A stretch of 64,000 nt of DNA from Rhynchobatus australiae (lineage: Eukaryota): NCBI GenBank assembly GCA_034780895.1, contig JAUZTB010000063.1, positions 33,650,077 through 33,714,076 on the forward strand. The letters are read 5' to 3'. How positions within the stretch are numbered: position 1 is the stretch's first letter; every line of letters begins with the position of its first letter. Shown here one piece after another: positions 1-13,599 of this stretch. The translations under genes and the position numbers were made by a program. Under the pieces are notes generated by a model. That model had not been told where the DNA came from and did no database searches. It worked only from the letters and a program-made list of their open reading frames with translations.

Positions 1-2320
1 CTGCCACCCTCTGCATCCTACCACTAAGCCAATTTTGCCTCCACCTAACTAGCTCTCCCTGGGCTCTATGAGACCTAACCTTCCAGACTGACCTACCATG
101 AAGGACCTTGTTGAAGGCCTTGCTAAAGCCCAAATAGACAACATCCACTGCCCGATCCTCATCTACCTTTTTGGTTACCTCTTCAGAAAACTCTATAAAG
201 GTTCATCAGGCACAACATTCCACGCACAAAGCCATGCTGACTCCTCCTAATCAGACTCTCCATCCAAATGCTGCTAGATTCCATCCCTCAGAGTTCCCTC
301 CAGTAACTTCCCTGTGACTGACAACAGCTGATCGGCCTATGGTTCCCTGGCTTGTCCTTGCTACCTTTCTTAAACAACAGAACAACATTAGCCACTTACA
401 ATCTTTTAGAACTTCAGCAGTGGCTAATGATGATGCAAAGATCTCCACAAGGTCCTCTGCCATTTCTCCTCTAGCCTCCCACAAAGTCCTAGGATGCAGT
501 CAATCAGGCCCTGGGGATTTATCCACCCTAATGTGCTGTAAGGCTGCAAATACCTCCTCCCTGTTAATAAGAATGTCCTCCAAAACGTCTCCACTAGTTT
601 CCCTTATCTCTGGACCAAACATGATTTTCTGCTCAGTAAGCACCGAGGAGAAAGATTCATTCAAAATCCCACCAGTCTCCTGCGGCTCAAGATACAGGTG
701 GCCCTGCTGATCTCCAAGGGAACCTGCTCTCTCCCTGGCCACCCTTTTATTCTGAATATAGCTATAGAACCTCGAGGGATTTTCATTTACACTACCTGCC
801 AGATGCATCTCATACCCTTTCTTTGCCCTCCTGATTTCCCTCTTAAGAGTATTATTAATCTTTTTATAGTCATCAAGGGATTCACATGTCCCCGATCTCC
901 TAAGCACAATGTATCCTTCCTTTTCTTGACCAGAGCCTCACTATCTCTTTAGGTTCCCTAAACATGGTAGGTTTACCCTTCACCCTAAAAGGAACATGCT
1001 GCCCCTGGACTGTTGATATCATACTCTTAAAAGCCTCCCACTTTCCATTCATTCCTTCCCTTTCAAACAGGCTCACCCAATTGACCTTTGTTACATCCGA
1101 CCTAATTCCTCCAAAATTAACCCTGCTCCAGTTAGGACCCTAACCTGTGGACACATCTTATCCTTTTCCATCACTATCTCAAAACTGATAAAAATTATAG
1201 TCAGTAAAGCCAAAGTTCTCCCTGACTGCCACTTCAGTTACCTGCCCTACCTTGTTACCCTAGAGGAGGTCCAGTATTGCACCCTCCCGAGTAGGGCCCT
1301 CTATATATTGACTCAGGAAACTTCTCTGGACACATTTCANNNNNNNNNNNNNNNNNNNNNNNNNNNNNNNNNNNNNNNNNNNNNNNNNNNNNNNNNNNNN
1401 NNNNNNNNNNNNNNNNNNNNNNNNNNNNNNNNNNNNNNNNNNNNNNNNNNNNNNNNNNNNNNNNNNNNNNNNNNNNNNNNNNNNNNNNNNNNNNNNNNNN
1501 NNNNNNNNNNNNNNNNNNNNNNNNNNNNNNNNNNNNNNNNNNNNNNNNNNNNNNNNNNNNNNNNNNNNNNNNNNNNNNNNNNNNNNNNNNNNNNNNNNNN
1601 NNNNNNNNNNNNNNNNNNNNNNNNNNNNNNNNNNNNNNNNNNNNNNNNNNNNNNNNNNNNNNNNNNNNNNNNNNNNNNNNNNNNNNNNNNNNNNNNNNNN
1701 NNNNNNNNNNNNNNNNNNNNNNNNNNNNNNNNNNNNNNNNNNNNNNNNNNNNNNNNNNNNNNNNNNNNNNNNNNNNNNNNNNNNNNNNNNNNNNNNNNNN
1801 NNNNNNNNNNNNNNNNNNNNNNNNNNNNNNNNNNNNNNNNNNNNNNNNNNNNNNNNNNNNNNNNNNNNNNNNNNNNNNNNNNNNNNNNNNNNNNNNNNNN
1901 NNNNNNNNNNNNNNNNNNNNNNNNNNNNNNNNNNNNNNNNNNNNNNNNNNNNNNNNNNNNNNNNNNNNNNNNNNNNNNNNNNNNNNNNNNNNNNNNNNNN
2001 NNNNNNNNNNNNNNNNNNNNNNNNNNNNNNNNNNNNNNNNNNNNNNNNNNNNNNNNNNNNNNNNNNNNNNNNNNNNNNNNNNNNNNNNNNNNNNNNNNNN
2101 NNNNNNNNNNNNNNNNNNNNNNNNNNNNNNNNNNNNNNNNNNNNNNNNNNNNNNNNNNNNNNNNNNNNNNNNNNNNNNNNNNNNNATTCTGCAGGACCTC
2201 ATCCCTTGTTCTACCTCTGTCATTTGTACCAACATGTACAACGACTTCTGGCTGTTCACCCTCCTGCTTGAGAATTTTCTGCAGCCGCTCAGAGACATTC
2301 TTGACTCTGAATGACTCCAT
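1..2320 (-). mobile_element. Degenerate CR1-clade LINE (HER1-like): ORF1 esterase part and ORF2 RT part, spanning an N gap
   Basis: Minus-strand peptides 'QPEVVVHVGTND' (CR1 ORF1 SGNH-esterase motif, ~2190-2320) and 'NPSRFYSYIQNKRVARE...EEVFAALQHIRVDKSPGPD' (CR1 ORF2, 500-907), with stops/frameshifts. Continuity across gap 1340-2185 is inferred. Confidence 0.85.
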
Positions 2321-2349
2321 GAGTGGTGGGGACAATAAAATAGGATTAC

Positions 2350-3000
2350 CGTGAGGTTAGTATAAATGGTGCATGATGGTTGGTGTGGATAGTAGGCTAA
2401 GGGGCCTGTTTCTGTGTTGTATGACAATGAGAAGTTAAAGGAGGAATCTGGGAGAGTTTCTTAAAACTGTAAAAGATTTTGGAAGGACAAATTGGAAATG
2501 ATTGTTTCATTAGTTGTGAATCAGAGAAGATATGATCAACCCTGGGTAATGTGTACAATTCTTGACACTGCAATTTAGGAATTAGGATAAGACCTAGGGG
2601 CAATTACAAAGGGAAACTACTGGGGTGATACTTGGATTGAAGACTCAGTTTTAGTGGAGAAATTTGATCAACATGAGGGGAGATCTGATGTCCAAAATTT
2701 TTAGGAGTTTTGATGAAATCAGTAAGGAGAAACCATTTCCCTGTGAGAAAATAATCAGATATCATAGATTTAAACTAATTGGCAAAAAGCGGGGAAATGA
2801 GGAAAATCTTCTTTTCATAGAGGATTATTAAGATCTAGAATACCCTACCTGAAATGGTGGGGGAAGGAGATTCAGTTGTAACTTTAAGAATGCAGTTTGG
2901 AAAAGACTATGAGGAAAGTCTGGGATAAAGGTCTGAATTGGAGAACTTTTTCAAACGGACAGCACAGTCAAATAGGTTGAGTGGTTTACACTGTAATATT
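2350..3000 (+). mobile_element. Old CR1-type 3' end fragments
   Basis: CR1 3' motifs 'gggcctgtttctgtgttgtatgac' and 'tgagggggagatctgat...ctagaataccctacctgaaatggtgg' (LRGDL.. / WN.LP region). Confidence 0.55.
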
Positions 3001-5149
3001 CTTTGATGTTCTGATAGATAAAGATTCTCACTGCAAAATCTCTTTTNNNNNNNNNNNNNNNNNNNNNNNNNNNNNNNNNNNNNNNNNNNNNNNNNNNNNN
3101 NNNNNNNNNNNNNNNNNNNNNNNNNNNNNNNNNNNNNNNNNNNNNNTAGGTTGAGTGGTTTACACTGTAATATTCTTTGATGTTCTGATAGATAAAGATT
3201 CTCACTGCAAAATCTCTTTTGGAAAGGGAATTCACATAAGGTATTGGCAGACAATTTACTTTAAATCAATACCAACATTTATAGCATTGGCCTGGATTTT
3301 CTTTTATGCTTCATCAATTCTGCCAAGTCACTTCTGCAGATGTCCGGTGGAATTTCTGTAGCAAATTAGGAACAGTTCCAAAGATATTCCCAATCATTAT
3401 TTGAAAAAGAAATTTGAATCATATTTGAAAGAGGCAAATATAAAGAAGTGGGGACAACTCGGGTGAATGGATGTCTTTAGATTTAGAGTGGATAAAATAA
3501 TTTAAGCTGAAGGACTAGACCTGAAGCAGACACAATGGATCTCTTCTCTTCTGTAAGATTTGCTGTCTTTTAGTAGAGGCAATATTTTCTTCCTGAATAA
3601 CATTGTTACCCTCTGAACAGAAAACAAGTGAACAATCAAAAAGGATTCTGCCAAATAAGGACAGAAACTGAGTTTTTTGCCCCTCTTCTAAAAAAAGTTA
3701 CCTGTATGAGTTAACTAATATGACAGTCTCTGTTAATCAGGCACAAGTTATTTTGCCCTTACGCTGCATTACAATTAGCTAAATAAATATTCATAATTAG
3801 GTAAAGCTATGCAAATTATCATTTCATTTAACCACCATCTGTATTTGTTCTGAAGTTTGTTATTTCTGTATTGCATCTTTTGTGAGGGATTTGCTAATAA
3901 GTCTAGTTCCAGAAATGAACAGAAATGGCAATGTTTTAAAATCTTGTAAAATTTTCATGTCGGTGGAATTGATTTGCACCTAACTGAGTTGATACAGACT
4001 CTAAGATCTGGATTAAAATCAAGCCCAAGATAAATAGAAAAATTCTCTTTAGCTATAGGGCTATTATTTGTGTGAAACATAGTAATAATGCAATCTCTAA
4101 TGATCAGGAATCCATAAACCATTCCATATATCTAGGCTGAGGCTTGTGTCAGCTACAGATTTTACAGAGGATGGTTGATGCAAGGAAGTAAACCATGGAG
4201 GAGTGTAGACCAAGGTATTCTAACACTGAGGAAAGGGAACAGTTTAAGCAGCTTAATCTCCCTTAAATCTACATGGTGGAGATGGCTGAAGGACAGTGGA
4301 TCACTAATGCCTGCCCATGATTTTGGGCAGATAGTTCTTTGGGATACTGAGGATCTGGATACTTGATGTTCTTCTGGAAAGATCAGGAGGTTTGTGAATC
4401 TTAATGCAGAGAACTTGATTCAGAAGCAGCCTCTGTGCAAGAAAATCTTAGATTCAAGACCCCCATCTCCAGTCATGAGCAGATAACCACAGCTGACACA
4501 ATGGAGCAACACTGATAGTGTCCTGTTTTCAGAGGTTATGTCTGACTCGGCTGATAAATCAAGGCTCTGACAATCCACCCAAGAACACATAAAAGAATTC
4601 ATGACATCATTGAAAAAGAGCAAGAGAGTTCAGTTCCTTCCACACATCTGAAAGATAACTCCCCCAAAGTATTGCGTCCTCTTAAGGATAATCAGACCGT
4701 CTAAATTTTGTACTCACGTCTCTCAGGTATGAGTTGAACCAATGACTATCCTGCGTGTAGCAGGTGATGGTAATTAAACTTACTCAGGAAATTCACTCAT
4801 TTAGTGATGGAGTTTAATGAGGAGTTAATGTATTGATTTCCCAAAGCAGCGATGTATTATTCAAAATTGTGACAACATTATGTTTCAGTTTATAGAATGA
4901 ACAATAGAATGATTTGAAGCATTCTATGCACCTTGTCTTGATGCAAGTAATAATGGCAAATTCACTAAAATATCATCTTTACTATGTTATATACAATACA
5001 AGCTCTATAGCCCTTAGCAGCTCTATCTCAATTACAAATGGCACAGTTCATGCACTCTGGATGTGCTCCCAATACACATCAGAAAGTTCCCTAGGCACTG
5101 GGTGTTATCATATCCAAATATAATGAATGATGCTGTGACCAGCTGTGTG

Positions 5150-5560
5150 TACAGAGCCCAACTATTATAAGCAAAGACAGTCAACATGGATTATTAAAGG
5201 GGAGTTGCAACTGATTTTGTTTAAGGAAGCAGTAAGGAGGATTGATGAGTGTAGCGCATTTAAAGTAGAATACATGAATTTTTGTGAGGCATTTGAAAGT
5301 TTCTATATTGGAAACTGTGAGAAAAACATAAATCCATGGGATCCGAAGGGAAATGGCAGATTGGATCCAAAGCCAGCTTGGCAGTGGGATGCAGAAGGAA
5401 ATGGTGCCATGAGTTTTGGTAACTGGTAGGACTTTTGCTGTAGAGTTTTGCAGGGTTCAGAGCTAGGCCCTATGTTTTCTTGTAGTCTGTAATAATGATT
5501 TACACTTAAATGTGTGATACATAATCAATTTTGTATGTGAGACAAAATCAGCCATCTGGT
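5150..5560 (+). mobile_element. CR1 RT fragment
   Basis: 'RRIDECSAFKVEYMNFCEAF' resembles the CR1 'IDEG..VDVVYMDFSKAFD' motif; followed by a degraded 'QGSxLGP' region. Confidence 0.65.
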
Positions 5561-5579
5561 GAAGAAACCTTCTCATACT

Positions 5580-5910
5580 TACTCCGCACATATTCATTAA
5601 GCAGAATACGAAGCCATTTGGCCCATCGAGTCCATGCTAGCTCTCAACAAAACAATCTTCAGTGCAATTCCCCNNNNNNNNNNNNNNNNNNNNNNNNNNN
5701 NNNNNNNNNNNNNNNNNNNNNNNNNNNNNNNNNNNNNNNNNNNNNNNNNNNNNNNNNNNNNNNNNNNNNNNNNCCCTTCATCTTTTTCTGCTGAAGCTCT
5801 GCAATTTATCCTCTTTCACATGCCCACTAACTCCCCTTTTGATTCCTTTTACCACTTGAGTGCACAAAGGGGCATTTTACAGTCGCCATTTAATCTACTA
5901 GCATGTCTTT
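5580..5910 (-). mobile_element. SINE 3' part (HE1/V-SINE type), partly in gap
   Basis: 'ccatttggcccatcgagtccatgctagctctc' is the reverse complement of the tail of the 6995 SINE. Confidence 0.55.
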
Positions 5911-6994
5911 ACTCAGAACTTTGAAAACCAATTTTCCAAATGAATATTTGTAAAACTTATTTGGAGCTTATCTGTAAATTGCTGATATGTTTTTCTGGCC
6001 AATAAGGCTTCTGCTAGAAGTTAAAAATTGAAATATGAGCACTTTAACATTAGGTATACTTGTTATACCTGTTCCACTGCTGTACGAACAGAAAGTCTAT
6101 TTATTTTCTGGCCGTTACTATTCATGTCATGTCTTCACATGCAGCCCTAATAGATTTTCCAGATATGAGAGTAAACTATCATTGCATTGTTTGTTAAGCT
6201 GACTGAATCTTTCAGGAAATGTAAGGTTCTAACTTACCTCCAGAGCCACAGATCACTAAAGGTTTGACAAAAAATAACGATTTCACAAGGCAACTTCTCA
6301 AGCTCCTTATTGAGTTGTTCTATCCACACACAGGATTGTTTTGTGCCCTTGTGAAAGAATTTTGCCTGAATTTGAAAAAGATGTGTCAATGTAGTTAATA
6401 TTATCTGTTCTGCTTTAGCACAATGAAGAAAACTGTAGGAACTAACACAATCAAAAGAATATATTTTAGTATTTCAATTAGCAGAATTAATCAATGCAAA
6501 GGAGACAGAAAATAGATATGATTTGGTCGAATTAGCCTCTTATTTCTGATAACTCCCCATCTTGAAAAGTATATTTATTGAAATCGTACAATTAATCCCT
6601 GACTAATTCAACAATTCCTGAGTTATTTTCCCTTTGCCCCAGAGTAAGAAATAACATATGCAGGCAAAGAAAATCACAGTCCCTTATTGCTTCCATGNNN
6701 NNNNNNNGCAGCCAATTACTACTATGTTTCACCTCTTCTTATCATTTCATAGTTTTAGTCTGAAATGACTGTACCTCTTTATTCCCAATTTTGATTCCTC
6801 CAAATGCCTTAACTCCTGCTTGGTTGTCTCAAGATCATTTTCTCTATGGTTGAAATGTTAATACCTTGGTGATTTAGTCAATTGTCTTTCTCTCCATGAT
6901 GAACTGTCAAATGACTGTGTGTCTGAGACATGTTCTGCAGTGCAATTCACCCTGCATTCTTGTTAAGTCTCTCAAGGTTGACCACACCAGCATT

Positions 6995-7275
6995 GGGCAG
7001 CACAGTGTTGCAGTTGGTAGTGCTGCTGCCTTACAGCTCCAGTGACCCAGGTTCAATCCTGACCTCCATTGCTGTCTGTGTGGAGTTCAAAAGTTCTCCC
7101 ATGACCGCATGGGTTTCCCCTGGCCACTCCAGTTTCCTTCCAAATCCCAAAGACATGCCAGTTCATAGGTTAATCGGTAACCCAGGGTAATAAGTGGGTA
7201 AATAGGATTGATAGGATTGCTCTGAGAGCTGGCATAAACTCAAAGGGCCAAATGGCCTCCTTCCATGTTAGAAAG
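6995..7275 (+). mobile_element. tRNA-derived V-SINE (HE1-like)
   Basis: tRNA-like head with B box GGTTCAATCC (7050-7059), V-core 'gggtttcccctggccactccagtttcc', CR1-like tail 'gggccaaatggcctccttccatg'. Confidence 0.85.
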
Positions 7276-8542
7276 AAATACGATAAATATGCTGGTTTAT
7301 GTAAGACATTATTTGGCTTTCAGTTGATACTACCAAGATTATCAGGCAGAATCTGAAGATCTACATATCTATGTCTCAGTTAGTGATCAGATTATCAGGG
7401 GCGGTTGTCTTAAAATGTTACTGAAGACCCAAATTCCCCCAAAAGGAAGTCACTAATTAATTATTCTTAACTACATGTTCCACAGTAAAACTCCATTTAT
7501 TTGAACCACTGGGGCTTTGGTGATGCCAGACCAACAGATTTTCCACACGGCGGGATTTTACTTCCTTTGGTATCCCCAACCATTCTTTATTCACTTTTTT
7601 TTAGATGTATTGCAGTAGGATAATACATTTTCCAGTACAACAGAGGAGTTTAAAGGGAGTGCAGGAAACAGGACCACAGTGTGTTTAAAAGGAGTCTGGG
7701 AAATAGGGCTCCAGTGAGTTGAACAGGCATTGAGAAAACAAACCAGTTAAGCCAGAAGACAAACCATTGGGATTTCCAAACAACTGAACACTGGATTATT
7801 GAAGTTTTACAATGATCCTCGATGCACACTTTCTGACTCATTCTCACACCTTCAATTGCTTTCCCTCAATTCATACATCTCCTAAATTATTATTCAATCT
7901 CAATCTTCAGCTCTGGAGGAAATCTAATGTTCAATCCAACAATAACGACAGTAAATATAGATTATTATTTTTTTTGTTCTCAGTCACGAGTATATTCTTG
8001 TTTAATAATTTAGTAATATATTGTGCCAAAATGGGCATAATATATTATTCAAAACAATGCTGATNNNNNNNNNNNNNNNNNNNNNNNNNNNNNNNNNNNN
8101 NNNNNNNNNNNNNNNNNNNNNNNNNNNNNNNNNNNNNNNNNNNNNNNNNNNNNNNNNNNNNNNNNNNNNNNNNNNNNNNNNNNNNNNNNNNNNNNNNNNN
8201 NNNNNNNNNNNNNNNNNNNNNNNNNNNNNNNNNNNNNNNNNNNNNNNNNNNNNTATTTTATTGTATGGTTATCTAAGATTTGAGTGATAACCAGATCTCT
8301 TTGTAAGATATGTACAAACTTTGATGCCATCTACCATTTGTATTGACTTGAAAACTTATAAAAAAGATTAAAAAGATCTTTAGCTTAAAAGCAATTTCAA
8401 CTTTTCTACACAAAAGGGAACGAGATTAATTGTGATTCTGGTTAAGACCCCAAGGGGTTAATTTGTCACTGCAGGCCAATGCCCATTTAAAATGGAGAAG
8501 CCTAAGATTAGCAATAATCTGCAATACTAATCAAGAAATAAA

Positions 8543-8680
8543 ACACTGCAGACTTTGGAAATCTGAAATAAAAATGGAATGCTGGAAATACTAAGCAGGT
8601 CAGGTCAGGTAGCATCCATGGAGAGAAAAATATTATCAATGACCTTTCATCAGAACTGCTGAGTATCTCCAGCATTTATC
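8543..8680. mobile_element. Penelope-like terminal repeat remnant (inverted structure)
   Basis: 'atgctggaaatactaagcag...ctgctgagtatctccagcattt', same family as the 36875 and 59750 copies. Confidence 0.6.
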
Positions 8681-11049
8681 TGCAATGTTAACTTCAGTAT
8701 GCTGGACTAGGGAAAATAAAAACTGTCAACGGAACTCCTCAGTTTTATGTTGAGATTTTATCAGTAATGGCAGTATCATAGAAATGTCTGAATTGTGGCG
8801 TGGGTCAGCTTTAACACTGAACACAATTGCAGCATATCAACGCTTTAGCAGAATACATTGTATGCAGCTCCTAAATGTAGATTTTAATGTGCAAATACCT
8901 TTCCACCATCTCTGATTTATGTTTAATTTCTATTAATTTCAGGAGGTCATTGAAATTCTATTAGTACAACAGAGGGCTTTGATCATAGGGTTACCCTACC
9001 TCACTCGGTAATAATTCAAACACCGTCAGAAACCTATTGGAACAACAATTATGGCTTTTTTAAAAATCAGTTTATGCTTTCAGGTCTTTGCAATTTTAAA
9101 GTTCATTCAGACCTCTGAATCAAAAAAAAAACTAGCTTGAACAGCAGAAATAAGAAAAATGTCAAATCAGTTTCTTCAGTCCTCGGAAAGTTTGAAATCA
9201 CTGGAATGAGGCTACCTCAGTCCAAATTGCACTTGAGTATTATGAAATTCAGATTGCTGCAATTCATTCCAATTTTAGTTTGGATCAATGATCCATTAAC
9301 TGAACTACAGAGAAAAGAGAAAGAGAAGAGAATAAGAAACAGATAAATGGCAGGTGCTTACTGGCAAAACTAAGTAAATGACACAATGGTGCTGTGTTCT
9401 TTTTCCCTTTGGACACCCTTAGGTTACTTCAGGTCAAGTAACTCTAAAAGACAAATATAACTGAAGAAAATTAATTGTCACATTAACAGATTTTCAACAT
9501 TCTTATACAAAATGGATAAAGAAGAATGGGAAGCTTCACAGAGCTTGTGGATAGTGGTGCAATGTTTCATTTATTGCACTTAAATAGTGCTATTTAAGTG
9601 CAATTAACATTTAAACAGTGTCATCTTAAAAATGTTTGCTGATATCCCACAAAAGGGAGATCTTAAACTGCAAGCTTCACAGTACAGTGTTTTCAGATTT
9701 CCCTGTATAACAATGTGCTGCATCAATTTCTGTGAAGCTCTACTTTTCTGATCTATTACAAGTTCCCATGGCTGCTAGCATACAGTCCAGCAACTGCAGC
9801 CTTGATAGCCACTTTTAAAGGGACCTCAAACTCCAAAACAGCTCTCTTGCAGCTTCCAGGGGAGTATGGCAATGCAATGAATGGATATTGCAGTGAAGGA
9901 ACAGGCCTGGAGGAATTCTCTCAGTGGATCAGTAGAAGCGGGACAGGTTAGTGAAAAACAGTTATTTTGTCCAAAAGGGATCGCAGCGAATGTCTGGGAT
10001 TACAGTCAAGTATTCTTTGCAAGAAGTCGCTGCAGAGCTCTCCATAAGGCTATGTTTTGGGGAAACCTATAAGACAGACAAATTCCCCTGCCTACTCTGT
10101 CACCTTCATTCCTATATAATGAGACAATAGTGGAGTCCCTCGTGTCTTGTGGGACTACACCTTCCTTCCAGCATAGGCAGAGATGTTACCACACATTTCA
10201 TGGCTTCAGGCAGAATTCCATCCTTTTTGGGAGATTTCCCATTTGTTTGGCCATCAGTGGCCTTGCTAAATCCCTCAACTGTAAGTAACTTGTCAAGTCC
10301 CCATAAATCAGGTAAAACTTTTGCAACATTCATGTCTCTGCCAGAGTCAAGAGATTTCTCTGGAATACAGAGTTGAGTAATATTCTACCTATCCAGTGTT
10401 TTGCTTTGCCTGGTCATTTTTGATTTTCTCTGTGGCTGGTTTGAGGGGGTCTGTCTTGTTCTGAGTTGGTCCCAGTGCCTTTTTGATACTGTTATACATG
10501 CCTCTGAAATNNNNNNNNNNGCTTACATCTGCTGATATCTGTATAACTTCACATAGCTGCAGCCAATAGTCATTGGTACAGCATCTTGCTGTCTGTTGCA
10601 GTGTGTTACTGGCTGCTCTCTCTGCTTGTGGTGTTTTCTGGCTTGGGGCTAGCCTGTTACGGGTGAGGTATTTGCATCAATAACTGGGATCATGTCACAT
10701 AAGTAAATTTCAGCCGATCGCTAATCTTGGCTTGCTGTTTGCCAAGAACTGACCGAGCTGCTGTGAATGTTTTTTCTTGGGTTTTCCCATTTCTGCTGGC
10801 ACTTGAGATAGTTGGATAGGAGAGCAGGATTTTCCTAATGCACCAGCATTAGAGAGCTTTATCTTCTCTGATCCATTTCGCCAATATTGTTAGGAGGTCT
10901 TCCTTTCTGTTTGGAGCTGTAGACTTTCCTCAGTTGGAGCTGGATCCTGCAATAAACCAAAGGAAGGGTTTGTGTCACAGTCCATACTCGATGATTCCTG
11001 ATGAAGAATCTACCTTTGAGGTTGGTGCCCCTGCTGATGATAAGTTCCA

Positions 11050-11215
11050 AAGTTTTCCGGAGTCAAATTTATTATCACATGCACAGCTATGTCTATGTAC
11101 AGGTGCAATGAAAAACTTGCTTGCAGCAGCATCACAGGCACATAGCATCATATAAGCAGCATTCACAAGAAATACATAACCATAAATTATGCACAATGTT
11201 ATCATTAAATCATAC
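11050..11215 (-). repeat. Short interspersed LINE-tail-like repeat inserted in the RTE
   Basis: 'aaatttattatcacatgcacag...gtgcaatgaaaaacttgcttgcagcagcatcacaggc' interrupts the RTE frame; reverse strand ends in gtgataataaa. Confidence 0.5.
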
Positions 11216-11569
11216 ACAATGTCCATTTGGTGCTGGTGATCTGATCTGAGATGTCTCTTTGGCATTGTGTGTTGGAGCTTGCCCTGAAAGAATGTATTGG
11301 TGATATAAAGGTCAGGTTGAATAAAACTCAAAGAAACACCGGACATTTTCATTTATTTCACTGATGCTTAGGTGACCTGGGCTGTTGAACCAGGAATGAT
11401 GGTGAGTGGCTACTGTCGCATTGAAGTCATCAAGTAGATGACATTGTTCATTTGCTGTAAACTGTCTGATGGTGGCTTCAAGTTCATTGTAAAACTTATT
11501 TCTCACATGAAGAATTTCAGTTGCCACGTCTATACTCAATAGATTGATTGGGCCCTCTAAGGTCTCCTA

Positions 11570-11945
11570 GGGTGTATGGTGGTGCAGCATCAGTGCTCCT
11601 GCTACACAAGCTCCAGTGAGGTGGGTTTGATCCTGACTTTGGATGCCATCATGTGGAGTTTGTATGTTTTCCTCATGAACATGTGGGTGGTCTGGTTTCC
11701 TCCAACATCCCAATGATGTACTGGTCACTACCATAGTAACTAGTTAGTTAACATTAATCGCTTCTAGCGTTGGTGGGTGGCAGAAGGATCATGGGCTGGG
11801 ATGCGGGGGTAGTTCCTGGGCAAGTGCAGGAGAAAAGGTTGCAGGGAAAATAAGTGGGAGAATGGGACTAATGGAAATCCTCTGAGAACCAGCATAGATG
11901 TGATGGGTTGAATGGTCTCCTGTGTCATTAAGGAAATATGAGAAA
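11570..11945 (+). mobile_element. V-SINE inserted in the RTE element
   Basis: Head 'ggtggtgcagc...gggtttgatcctgac', V-core 'tggtttcctccaacatcccaa', CR1-like tail 'gggttgaatggtctcctgtg'. Confidence 0.75.
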
Positions 11946-13599
11946 TGACAATGTGCCAGGACTCTGTCCACTCCATTTCTAGGGAGTCCCATCACCAGCA
12001 GATTTCCCCTGGACTATTCCCTTGGCAGAAGATTGTACAATCTTTCTCCCTGATGGATCTAGCTGGCCATGTTTCTTGGAGAATGGCGCCATCAAGATGA
12101 GTTGTTTCCACTCATAGTTAATTATGACCAAGTAGTGAGTTTTGCTGATCTGCTATAGATCCTTAGACAGGCCAATAGTCGTTGCAGAAGCAATCCATGG
12201 CATCCCTTCCTACACCACTCAAACAATGGGCTAGAACAGATACTCGCTGCCTCCCATGTTGTGTTGATGCCATGAAGTGAAGCAAGTGTTTTTACCCCAG
12301 GCCACAAACCTGACCAGGGAAATATGGAAGGGATGTTGCCTATGTTGCCCCAGTAACAGGGCCTGCCTCTCCCACTCCACTACCCCACCAAACAGATGCT
12401 GGAATCCTCCAGAACACAGTTTATTGCTTGGTGTTATTGGAGTGTTCCAAGTGAAAGGTGGGAACCAATGCATTTTAGTGCTTCTTGGCTGCAGGAAGGA
12501 TGCCAGGTATGACATCGGACATCATTGGTTCCCACTCTGGATTTCTTTTGGGAATGATTCCCACCTTTGTATCTCCCCCAACATTTTCCACAAGGTAATG
12601 GGGTGTTGAGATCAGAGACCAACTGACAAGTCACGCCCGCCTGAAACGTCTGATCAAATCTTCAGCCCTGCACCTGTGGTGAAACAACACAGCCACTGAG
12701 GCCAATGAGACAGGCTGTTTCAGATGCTTACCATGGAACACTTCGTGATAGTGAGAACTTGTATCTACCGTCACCACAGTCTTGAAGAAGGGCCACCTTT
12801 CTTTATAGAATATCCTAATCTTCTCCAATATTTGGATTGGTTAAAATTTGCTTGATTTCACTCCAACAGAGATAAATAAATTAGTTTGCTGGTTGAACAA
12901 ATCTTATTTAGAATTCCAGTGGAGAAGTGTAACAACAGTGTAGACTTGTTTACCACCACAGTGATCTCAGGGGAAAGGTAATAGTTAACATTGTGTTATG
13001 CTTCTGATAGATGATGAATTTAATGAGACAAGATGCCTTCTCTTGGGTGCCTGGGGAAATAGTGTAATGTGTGCTAAAGCTGAAGACAGGGCTTAATGTT
13101 GGTCTGTCATTCCTCATGTCTTCTGCAATAGTCTTATGGAATTATCAATGGGAATGTTTCAAGGGAGGCAAACCCGGAAATACCTTCAGATTACTTCAAA
13201 GTAAACCAAAACATATGGTTAAAAACCACCTTAACATTAAGCAGAGCAATATTGGATATCCTGGTGGGAAATTCAGCTTCAGATTTTCGGTGGGATTTTT
13301 CAGTGGGATTGTGTTTTTTTTCTGGCATAACATTCTCCAAAATATGTTAACTGTAGTGCAATACCAGAACCCAGCTCCAGTGTGACTTTCAACTTCACTG
13401 AGAAACAACTGATCTTATTTACCTACAGAACAATCTGTTTCCTCTGAAAATGGTTTTTAAAAGGCAAACGTCAATCGTTTTCTTTGTGCTGACGGAGACA
13501 AATTATCTCCTACAACCTCAGATATAGCCTCCTGCATCTACCTTGACTGCTTTGCCCAGGGTAGTCAAGGTCACAGTCATTCCAGACTGATGCTTCTGA

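Larger units (their letters stand above)
10080..12600 (-). mobile_element. Degenerate RTE-clade LINE (APE endonuclease plus RT N-terminus) with nested insertions
   Basis: Minus-strand peptides 'NKFYNELE...LLDDFNATV...EINEN' and 'LYITNTFFQGK' (APE), and 'LDKLLTVEGFSKA...GKSPKKDGILPEAMK' (pre-RT); many stops. Confidence 0.75.

Noticed and set aside
1255-2427. Long ORFs containing X runs (also 16131-16929, 19938-21098, 42540-43137, 49854-50480)
   Set aside because: Their length comes from N gaps that contain no stops.
2973-3220. Exact 74-bp direct repeat (2973-3046, 3147-3220) around a 100-N gap
   Set aside because: Identical copies directly flanking a placeholder gap indicate unmerged contig overlap.
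6995-7075. tRNA gene-like A/B boxes (also 13933, 19287, 32208)
   Set aside because: They continue into V-core and LINE tails and lack a full cloverleaf; these are SINE heads.
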